Made by a program: the position numbers and the translations under genes. The notes under the pieces were generated by a model, which was not told the DNA's origin, ran no database searches, and saw only the letters and a program-made list of their open reading frames with translations. Of a stretch of DNA of 64,000 nt, positions 11,895 through 22,324 are shown piece by piece. This stretch comes from Anthoceros angustus (Eukaryota > Plantae > Anthocerotophyta), in NCBI GenBank assembly GCA_010909165.1, contig MU008174.1:248001-312000 (forward strand), given 5' to 3'. Each line of letters begins with the position of its first letter. Positions within the stretch are counted from its first letter, which is position 1.

Positions 11895-12910
11895 GGCATA
11901 CTTCAGCGGACTTACTCCGGCAAGCCTCCCTTTAGCGGACCATATCTTCCCGGCCAGCCGGATCGCTCCATCTCGACGGACCAGTCCAGCACTCGGCCAG
12001 TCCCCAACAGATCAAGGGTCTAGGGATTGCATTCTACAGTCTGGCCAAAATGGCCTTATTGGCTAACATCCCTCTATCCCTATCAAAAAATAATAGCTCA
12101 AAAGAACAAAATGAGCATAAAACAAGCCGCCGCGGTTATGTACACCGGATTTGGCACTCTTCATATGGGTATGGTCAAGTAAAAACATTGATAAAAAAAA
12201 TGGTGTAGTTATGAGGTTGGAGGGAAAGGTGAGAGTTGCAGGTGCATGAAAGAGGGTATAATTAAGAGGGCACGATGATAGGGGAGAGAGGTGGCTCCTT
12301 GAACATAAACAAATAGTTCTTCAAAGAGTGCGTAATAAAGAGAGGAGCATGATAGAGAGAGACGGGGCTCTTGTTCGCAGGCGCTATTAGTCACTACAAA
12401 GTTAATGTGGACGCGGAACCTGAAGCGCTAGCTCCACATGGCCACCATATCACATCTGCTACGGTCATGCCATTGGTCGCACCACTCATCCGGTCATGCC
12501 ATTGTTCACACCACTGCCCTCTTCGCCTGAGCGGCCATGCCATTGTCCAATCCGTACGGCCTTTCCATTCACCGTAACATGTCAAACACGCCCATCAAGG
12601 CTCTGATTACGTGATTAGGAAAGCCAGGGCTCCACCGTAATCCATTCCTCTCAACCGTGTCCATCATGACTGCATACCTTGCTAATACCTCAAAATCGGG
12701 CGCGTACATCTACGCGCGGGCAATTTTGAACATAACATGACATCGCCTCCCTTTCAGAAGGGAAGGTATCAAGTTGCATGGCTGGTTCTTTGCAAGGACG
12801 CGTGAGGAGTGCGGCAACTAGCATGTGGTATCTGCACTAAACATTCTAGCATACTTTCAGGTTTCCATACCTTGGAGTATACTAAGCGATTGTAGGCTCC
12901 CTAGTTCATA

Positions 12911-13246
12911 ATGAGGATCGATCTCCAAGTGGTGGTCGCTCAGTTGGAAGAAGATGAACCTATACAACTAGGCCATGTGCCGCTGCACGTTATTGTTCAG
13001 GATCATGATGCATGCTCACAAGTTTATAGAGGGTGTGTCACTTGTTTCACAGATATCTTCCCAAGTGGGTGGTGCAAAAAGTGTAAGGAAGTTGTAAGTG
13101 GACAGCTGCAATATCGTTTACGGCTATTTCTTGTAGATTCAAGTTCCAAGACATGGGCAACGGCCTTCACTGTCGGTAGGAATTTTATTAGGTTGACTCC
13201 CCAAGAGTTCAGCGTCGTTGAAAGAACTATGAGGGGAAGCCTCTGA
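12911..13246 (+). pseudogene. RPA70 C-terminal OB-fold/zinc-ribbon-like fragment
   Basis: VYRGCVTC...GWCKKCKE...LQYRLRLFLVDSSSKTWATAF resembles RPA1 DBD-C (YxACxxC...WxCxxC...YRxxLxLxDxTGxxWxTAF). No other RPA domains are nearby. Confidence 0.6.
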
Positions 13247-14236
13247 GCTGCTAGACAGGCGGCGAGGAAAGGCACTTCTTTTACCTCTTCTCTATCAAGC
13301 GAGCAACTGCTCGACACCTGCAAGTGTTATTATTTTACGAGCTGATGCAGTGTACATTCCGGACTTGTTTCCTACCATACGTGAGGCAGAGAGCACACTG
13401 GCCGGACCATAGATAGGAAGACCCTCTGTTAACAACCCAAGGACACCAAGAAATCAAGGTATCTCCTCAGGTGAACTGGACACGGACACGACCACACCAG
13501 GTTATGAAATAGCGAAAAAACCTATAGGCAATCCTTTTCCACTGGCCGGTGCTCTTGTGATGTGCTCGTGCTTGTCTATAGTGGTAACCATAGTGATAGT
13601 GTCCCTCCCAACTACCACCCTTGCTACCATTTCTCCAGTACTCTGCCTCGCAGGCATTGCACTGTGCTGGTTTTGGTAAGTGCCCACACTATTTGATCAA
13701 ATTATGTAACAAGTCTCTCCGAGTGCAAGCGTTTTTGGTTCTTCCTCGTCATCACAAAAAATGCTAAACGTACGTACATCCATGTATCTAGCAAGGAACA
13801 ATCAAAACTACTGACGATATACCAATGCGACATGTCTCAATGGCACACAATATGCCACAGGTGTGTTCTCCCAGCTGCAAGCTCTACGAAAGTCGGCTAC
13901 TTCTTTTTGGTTGGAAGCTTCCAACTGCTTTTAGATTCCCAAAGCGCAAGCTTTTATTTCAAGCTATTGTCAAAATTGATGGGATCAGCCAAGACAGACA
14001 ATGTGGGCAGCATGGTCTTCTCTTCTGCCTCCGCTCTCATACCCTCTAGTTGCCTGATCATTTGTTGCAATAAACCTGTTGCATGTTGTTGCATAAAAGG
14101 CCACTTCTGTAACATGGCTGTCAAATGTTTACAAAGTTCCCATGTTTGGACTCGCATCCTATTGATTTGTCTGCTGCTTGTGTGGTTGACTCTTCAAGAG
14201 TGTGCAAGAAGGTAGTTGTACCATGGCTTACTGTCG

Positions 14237-15900
14237 CTACCCCTTTGTCATATGAGAGATAATTCTCCCACAAGTTCGTACCTGCATCTTGATTAATCGG
14301 CATATATATACAAGGTTGTCGAAATTGTGTTTGAGCCTGTGCAACCTCGGAGTACCTAGCAAGTAATTGTGAGTGCGGACTACTCTGTCCATTACGATCA
14401 TGACCTTCAATTGGTGCTTGCACATAAAGCCTCTTGTCCCTTGCTTACATGTGCAATAGCCTCATGGCATTCCAGCACCACTGACTGTATAGGAGCACAC
14501 TCTTCCATGGTCCTGACTTTGCACCTATGCAAGGTTAGGAGATGCTGTGGTCGGCAAGAACACATCACTGTCTACGATGCTCATTGCTTTTTGGAAGGCA
14601 CTCTTCACTATTTACTCTTACTTCGAGTTCCTAATCATGCCAACTGCTTTACATTATGCCACATACCAAGAATGTCTATTCACCTCCTCGAACAAAATGT
14701 GCACGAGCCAATCTAAATGCCGGTTACGAAGGGTTGTTTTGGAAAGCAAGCATCTATACTTCATATGTTTGTGGTATGCCCCAATGGACGAGTTGCAATC
14801 TTGCCCTGCATGTGGCACTGTACGCATAGCTTTAATCCACTGATGCATGGTAGAGCCCCATTGGTCCTTCAAGTACCGGACAAAACTACCGGTCAGCTAA
14901 TGAAAGGTATCATAGAAGTGTTCCAACCTTTCTGTGCAGGCTCGATTCACATCTATATTGTCATCAAGGTCCAAATGCATAATGTCGCCCAACGATTTCA
15001 TGATGGCATGTCTTGTGTGGGGTTCTTTTACCTTTTTCAGTAATTGCCGTAACCAGGCTCTCTTAACATGCCACAAGCATAAAAAGACTTGCACAGATGT
15101 TCCAAACATTATATAGCTTGAATGACATTAATTTCCGCCAAACAATCATCTAATAGAAAAGCAGTGGGTTGCCATTCATAATTTTGTAGTACATCTTTCC
15201 ACGCAAGCAATGCAACCCCTATGAAATGTCATGTGCTGTGGCTTTACTTGTGATGACCCAAGCCATATGAATGTTGTTGAAGTGGTCATAAAAAACCAAA
15301 AGTGTGAAGAGCTGGAACTTCCAGTTGTTGGTGCCAAATGTGGCATCCATAGCAATGATCGAGTTGTGACCCCAACGAATCATTGCCTGCATTTGAAAAT
15401 CACTTTGGATGCCTAGCATGAAGTTTTGTGGTGTGGTCCTTTGTTCTAGGCAGTGGGTAGAACACTTCGGATCTATGGACATTGATCCATAACTTGACAC
15501 TCACCTCATCTGTTGCATGGAAATGCAACACTCTGGCATCAAGTTCAACTTGTAAATTCCTAATGTCCCTTGGAAGGAGAAAATTATCACTCTCAAGGAC
15601 TGCTTGTGGATCACGATGCTTCCATAGGAAAACATCAGACTCATGATCTTCCAAGATCTAAAAGGCTGTTGTCTTACACAACAACTTGTATTTTAGCCAT
15701 TCTTTCTTTGCAACAGATAAGTAAGGAGTGAGGGTGTCGTTTGGACCTGAGTTGCTGGCAAACAAACCATGACAATATTGCCCTGTCGAATCAATGTGGT
15801 GCCTTTCATGTAATCTTAGTTCAGCCACATCAGGGAACATTTCAAGTTGGCTCATAAACACCAAAAATTGGCACCCACGCTTCTTACTCTCCTCACACAC
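14237..15900 (-). mobile_element. Mutator-like (MULE) DDE transposase relic with SWIM finger; multiple stops and frameshifts
   Basis: In order on the minus strand: KKRGCQF...HIDSTGQYCHG, IAMDATFGTNNWKFQLFTLLVF, FLCLWHVKRAW, NSSIGAYHKHMK and SWIM CTCKQGTRGFMCKH (about 14416-14457). Confidence 0.85.
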
Positions 15901-16699
15901 TCTACCTTAGAGTGCTTGTCTTTGGCTAGTTAGAGAGATAAGCACAAACTTCCGATTCAATAGAACTGTACTTCCGGTAACCATAAGTACAACTGAACTT
16001 CATGTAATGGCAAGGAATGGTAAGAGAGATTGCATTTTGCCTGACCTTGTCCACACATTCACCCTTAGCAACTTTGTTGGAAAGAATTTTGATGACTCCT
16101 CACCAGCAATGAAATCTTAGTGTCTACACCAAGGAATGTAACAAGTTTTGACGGGACTGACTTTCTTCCGAACTGTGTGCACAACATCTTGCCAGTCTAG
16201 GGTTTCCTTTGAGAAAAGACCCAGGCAGGGAGTCTAAACAATAAAGGGCACACTTGAGGCCGAACGAGATCAGGTGCAATTGTACTCTTGGCTCCCACCA
16301 TGCTCCTCGCAATCCACAATCAAGTCGATTTGATTGCTAGAGTACACGCAAATTAAAACTCTCAATTGTGTAAGCATGAGATACATTCGGGAAAAGAAGC
16401 ATGAGATTGTGTGGGACCTACAGTCATCACATGCCGTGCCCAAGCTTAACTTTTGGAAGGGAGTTATAGCATTTCCTCTTTCAAATTTGCCTGGAGTAGA
16501 GGTATGATGTTAAAGACGGGATCCGAGGTTTATGTCAGGAATACAGTCGATTACAGAGGATACAGTGACAGGGACGAGATGCTACCACCACATGGGGAAA
16601 GAAGTGACAAACTTAATAACAAGTCTCCAAAACATGTTGCAATTTGGATTTTGAAGTGCAACACAAAATTGCAACAACAATTGTAATATAGGCTGCCCT

Positions 16700-17230
16700 T
16701 TTTAATAGGGCGAGGAGGCAATTATCGACAGAGCCCTGAATTGCGCCATGACTAAAGGGCACCCCCCTCGAGATCCCCTGCCTAGTGCCTGTCGTTGAGT
16801 TAAGCACAAAGACCCCTTCCACTGAGGGACCATGCTGACAATAAAGGTCAGACAGGGAACCATAAAAAGAACGAACAAATGGGATAAGATTTGCCAGTTG
16901 CTCGCCTGCATCCTTGAGCGTTTTGAAAATGTCACCTTGAAGACAATGTTGAAAGCATTCTCCACATTGGCCTATAAGATAACCTTATCTAAATGTGACT
17001 CAAGAACATCCTCGACTCCAAGGCCACCGATTCATAGCCCCCTAGAGTAGCAATCCCAATTTGATGCAGGCTAAGATGAGCCTGGAGCTGCTCTAGGAAC
17101 TAGAGGGCAATGATGCGCTTGATGAACCATAAGAATGTCTCTCCCACATCAATAGGGCACACTCTTGGCGTGGGCCTTTCCATAGCCAATAACTTGATAA
17201 ACCCTAACACCTGATGAATCCAATGAGGGT
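16700..17230 (-). mobile_element. Degenerate reverse-transcriptase fragment of the CRE-like non-LTR family
   Basis: VCPIDVGETF, HQIGIATLGGYESVA, NVENAFN and STTGTRQG are colinear with the better-preserved copy at 42-43 kb. Confidence 0.8.
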
Positions 17231-18009
17231 TTCCCTCCTCGCTAGAATAAAAAGCTCTGAAAAGCCATTTTTATTTAGCTTTAGTTTAAAGACTTTAGCT
17301 AGTACTTAGCCATCCTTTATTTGTATCTAGCTAGTTTAGTTTAAACCTTTAGTTAGTCATTAGGTAGCCTTTATTTGTACTTTATTTGTATTTAGCTACT
17401 TTATTTTAACAGCAACGCTAGGATTTAATAGCGAGCTTAATGCCTTACAAGGAAAGGCCATTGGTAGAGCTCTACTCTGCTACGATGCGTTCCACTTAGA
17501 AGCTTTTCTGGTCTTTTCTGGTCTGGAAATGAAATTCTTCTTTTTCTTTTTATGTTGGGGAGTAGCCAGATGTGATTTGGATATGGAATAGTGTTATATT
17601 GTTTGTTCATCCCGAGAACGTTCGTAGCATCGAGAGGAGAAGAGACCTTGTAGGCATTATTCCTATACTTCATGCCATTGAGTCTCTTTTATAAAGTCCT
17701 AGTTCAATTAAAAAATAATATTATGACATTGTGAACAATCTTTTTGAGGTATAAGTTTAACCTCACAACCATAAACTGCTTCTTATACTTAAAAATTAAT
17801 TTAAAATGTTTATTAAATTAAATATAAAAATAATCATTACCACCAGCCTCATGCCGTAGGCTACCCTCCAATGGGAAATTAGTGGTACTTTGATAAGGTC
17901 GACGGTTGTAAACTATATTTTTTAGTCGTTGTGAACTAAACTTTTTTACTCTTTGTAAGGCTTTTGAAAGCTCTATGTACTACTAAGAGGTGGTCTTGCA
18001 CATGGGATG

Positions 18010-20233
18010 CCCCTTGTCTTCGGTCCTTCTCTCCCGGCTGCAGGGGTTCGATAGAAAGATCGTGGACACTCTAGGTGACATTATGGGCCATGGGGCCTTC
18101 GAGTGCCCTGCACGCGACCTTACCTGCTAGCAAGCATCGCCGGGGAAGGAAAGGATCCAGGCTTAGGGATAATAAGCTCAACTGCAAAAGGACTGATGGC
18201 AAAAACCCGAACTGACAACGACGAATGGCAGAAAAAAGTTTGCAGAGGGAGAGCAGTTGCAAGGGACTACTTAAGAGTGTTTGAGCCAAGGAAGCACCGA
18301 TTTTAGTTGACCAGCATATAGCAAACTTCCTTCAACAAAAAGGAGGCCCCACATGTGGTAATGCTATGTTGTTGAGTTGCGCGTGAGGTAACCAGAGTGC
18401 TTAGCAAAACAGGAGGCAAGAATACCAAAGGCCACATATGCATCCTCAAGCAAAGGGAGGTCCTCGATGTGAAGAGGTCCTCCGCAAGCGCAATTGGTTC
18501 AAGAAGCTCCCGACGAAGGCTAGGGAGCCGAAGGGGACCCCCAAATTCCGAAGGCCCAAAGCCGAAGCAATCTCCCCTTCAGGGACTGCAAAGTAGGTCC
18601 GACGGAGACCAGACCCAGCACTTGGACAGCTTGACCTTCAAGCCCACCAGCTTGAGAGAGAAGAGGTCGAAGGCCTCCTTGACCTTGTCCCCAAGCCCGA
18701 GGATGTGAGAATTATCTGCCAGTGAAGGGAAGACACAAAAATGCCCTGGATAGCGGCATGTAGTGAGCGATGGCGATTGGAAGCATAGGCTTGCTCTTGC
18801 TGGAGCTATCTTCCCCGGCAGGGTTTTTGGGCAATTGGGCCCTCTTTTCCCCTATTTTAGGCTCCTGCTTCATTCTCCGCGACAGGCTCTTTCTCGAGGA
18901 TTTTATATCAGGAGTGGAGGAGGGAACCTTCCCTCTCCAAGTGTCCTTAAGGCAGACCAGGGATATGTTATCAGCAGATGTGTGGCAGGACTTCCCCCCT
19001 TTCACGACATTTATTACCAATTGTTTCAGGGGGTTGTAGGCGTCTTTGCTCGCAGCTTGGCCAGGCTTTCCAGTCGGTCCTCCAGGACCCCTTCATCTTT
19101 AGGTTGAAACGGGCTCGGCTTCGCTCTTGCTCTAGGAAGGGCGCAAGCACCTAGCTCTTAGCTTGTCTGGGAATATGAGGTTTTCATAGCACACCAACCA
19201 CCTTCTCTACTGTGATGCGATTCCGTGTGGGCCTACTCCAGCTTGCAGCTTCTCCCCTTCTTACCTATGAGTGCGGCTCTGCCCTCAACGACTCCGGGAT
19301 TCACCTTGCTCGTTACCCCCATGGGGGTCATCGCATCGCCACCCATGACGTCATCCAGGATGTCATGTTCGCCATAGTCTGCGAAAGCGGCTACATGGCC
19401 TGGAAAGAGAGAGGGTACATTCTTCGTACTGGTCAGTCAATCAAGGTTTACTTGTACCTCGTTCGTGGTGACCAGGTTTTGGTGGCGGACGTGGTGGACG
19501 TCACTGACCCTGCACGCGTCACCATCTCAGCGCAGGTGATGACTAATCGTCCAGGATGGGCTACTGCTGAGGCGGCGACTCTCACAGTCAAGTAATTTAG
19601 TGAGATGCAGGTAGGCCACCAATTCATTCCTCTCACTCTGAAACGTATGGGGCGATGGTTAAGGATTTTGATACATTTATCAAGTCCTGCACTTAGGCTT
19701 ACAATGCCCATAGGCACAGTGCGGGGTTGTTCGTTTCCTACTTCATGGCGTTCTTTAGACAGCGGGTCACAATTGTCTTTCAATGGGCCCTTTCCACGGC
19801 AATCATCCACAGAGCGGCAATAACAGGTGATGCATTGATGCATCCTCTTCCTCTATTATTTGTAGGCCGTTTATTCTTCCTGCATTTGACATTATAGGTA
19901 CAGATATTAGAGGCCATTTACTCTTCCCGCATTTGACATTGTAGGCACAGTTGATGACTTCCATTGTAGGCATAGTTGGTGACTTCCATTGTAGGCACAG
20001 TTGGTGACTTCCATTGTAGGCACACTTGATGACTTCCGATAGGGAACTTAGCTAGCTACTCCTTCTCAGTGCAACCCTCAAGATCTCCCTTGGTTGTGCT
20101 ACTCCTTCTCACTTAGTTGTGCTACTCCTTCTCACTTGGTTGTGCTACTCCTTCTCAGTGCAACCCTCAAGGTCTCCCTTGGTTGTGCTATACCGGATGG
20201 GCTTTTCCCATCAAATTCTTTCCTCCAATAAAA
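18010..20233 (+). mobile_element. 5'-truncated, rearranged CRE-like (RLE-clade) non-LTR retrotransposon with an inverted internal block (about 18140-18764) and a VNTR-bearing 3' UTR
   Basis: 18040-18140 and 18765-19300 align with 43130-43745. The C-terminus has ECGSAL...HLARYPHGGHRIATHDVIQD, VADVV and FIPL (Zn-knuckle/RLE). The minus-strand block encodes LADNSHILG...KVKLSKC. The 3' end TTCCCATC...CCAATAAAA matches the end of the 39.9 kb copy. Confidence 0.85.
19861..20190. repeat. Two minisatellite arrays: ~25-bp GACTTCCATTGTAGGCACAGTTGGT units (about 19931-20036) and 23/43-bp GTTGTGCTACTCCTTCTCA units (20055-20190)
   Basis: Directly visible head-to-tail units with no unique spacers. Confidence 0.9.
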
Positions 20234-22245
20234 TTTATTTATTTCATGTTGGTCTAGCACCAGCAAGATGTAATCACCTGTAGCCACTTCCAAAGCCGTG
20301 ACCTCGTTGATTTGAGAGGGCCAAGGTCAGCCGTCACAAAACCAAAAAGTTGAGTAAAGCTTTGTCAGGAACAAACCCCGTGGGTGGTGCGCCCAAGAAC
20401 CACCCACGTGGTGGCAAGCATTTCACGGTTGAGAAGAAGGACTCCGCCCGGTTTTGAACCCTAGGCACATGCGTATATGTGGGCACTTGGAACATCCATG
20501 AGTTCTGAACAGCTGTACAATCACAAGGTGAGAAAGGTGGAAAATACGGGCACAAGATCGAGAATACTAGGAAGGGGGATGAGTTTGGGCTATATTGGCG
20601 AGGAAACGTGGTACCGGACTCCGGCATAAGCAAACCAAAGGAAGGGAGAACCAAAGCCCATCAACGGCGCAGACCACAGGATCCTCCTGCAGATAAGGCA
20701 AGTTCCATCACAGAAGAGGAAGGGGGGAGGAGGTGAGCGCTCCCTATATCCCCGACGTGGCAGGGAGGTGACTAAAAGCCGCCGCATTGAGCCCAGCATT
20801 CAGTCAGCGTTGCCCACAATGCTGCCTGGCTCCTCCACGCCGCGGCCTCCTTGCCTCATCGTGATTCTGTATACATAGTACTTCCACAATGGTGATGTGC
20901 GTGTTGTTCTGAGGCACAGGAATGTTAACACACTGATTACTTCTATGGATGAGCCTAGACTGCCTATGAAATACCGATTTGGTCACTCGACATCGTGTGT
21001 GACTTTGTTTTTTTTGGGTGCACGCTACAGAAATATGCCATGGCATCTTTTAGATACTTGCGTACAATACATGTATAATACGTACCATGTTAGCTTTTGT
21101 AGGTTCGTATGCGGGGCAAAAACTTTCTATGACACGATGATAGCCTGGTGTTCCGATTGTGTCATGCACATGTTTTCTTGTTTAGGGTTTTAGAGTTCCG
21201 ATCACCACACAAACATGTTTAAGGCAGCCAAGACACACATACTGCACCCCCATATGGGGCAGGTCTAGGAAACGTTGCAGCCCTGTATGCAGCCAGTGCC
21301 AAACACTGCAGCCTGAGGGCAAACACACTCAACTGCACCGCAAACACAAACGATGAATACAGCGCAAACGCAATTGCAAACGGCAAGCGCAGCGCAAAGC
21401 AACCGCTCACATACAACGCCTAGTGCCGCAATGGCACGGCAACGCAAATGACCTAAACGCAACCCTAAACCCCAGAGAAGGAAAATTTCTGTGTATCATA
21501 AAAGCTTTGTGTACATCATGGGGTAGGTTGACGAGATCAGTATACCGGGGGCTGCGACCGATGTGGTCAGGCGTGATATTATTCTTTCTGTCCACAACCC
21601 TCAAAGATGTGGATACCGCGTGACCAGATCGGTATTCCATAACTGCCTCGGTCTCAAAGAAATCAAATAAGATCGTACACTTGCATCCGGAAGCCGCCAT
21701 ACATACATGGGGCGGGTGAGATTCTGCCAGGTGGGAAAGGCATCTCACGCAGTCAGGGGACATGGTGGGCACATGGAAGTATGAGCTCACGGCCGACGGA
21801 GCATATGGTATGGGATGGGGCAGGGGCAAACCGGCTGCAGCCGGGTAACCCAAATCGCATAGGGTGGGGTACCCCGTTACACTGCCTGGAAGGCTATGGA
21901 AATGGGGAATGGTCGGAATGTTGTCCAATCCTGGAGGTCTCGCACTGAAAACTTCATCTCAGCTGTCGTACTATTCTCCCTAGCTAGAAGGAGATCTCTG
22001 CTATCAAAATGGTCTAAACTAAGAGGATAATCACTGTGAATGTAGCTATCACAATGGTCTAGAGCTAGAAGGGGATTATCAATGTAATACCGGCCAACGC
22101 CTCCAAGGTCCTCAAAAAACATGTCATCCCAGACCCCAGAGAAAAACAATTATCTTCCCAGGAATCCGAGAACCAATCGGAGTACCACTGAGACGAAAGC
22201 CGGCCTCTGTCAGGGATGAGGCATCCATAACGCTGAAGACAAAAA

Positions 22246-22321
22246 TGCTGCGGTCAGGCTTACCTGGGCAACAGACATCCCTGCCAAACTGCAATGCAAT
22301 AAGGTCAGCCTGACCGCAGCA
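22246..22321 (-). promoter_or_regulatory. 3'-UTR stem-loop (20-bp stem, 1 mismatch, 36-nt loop) sequestering a predicted 5' splice site
   Basis: mRNA-sense TGCTGCGGTCAGGCTGACCT (22321-22302) pairs with AGGTAAGCCTGACCGCAGCA (22265-22246). CAG|GTAAG lies in the 3' arm. The structure is seen; its function is inferred. Confidence 0.7.
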
Positions 22322-22324
22322 GAG

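Noticed and set aside
12695-12727. Helitron 3' hairpin (GCGCGTA-CATC-TACGCGC)
   Set aside because: No CTRR terminus at the expected distance on either strand.
13675-16420. Terminal inverted repeats for the MULE (about 13676-13800 versus 16330-16420)
   Set aside because: Only short patchy similarity and no TSD; boundaries cannot be supported.
19861-20190. CRISPR-like array
   Set aside because: Units are head-to-tail with no unique spacers, there are no cas genes, and the context is eukaryotic.
20334-21200. N-terminal zinc-finger region of the CRE family or a separate gene
   Set aside because: Only isolated CxxC pairs in broken frames; cannot be assigned.
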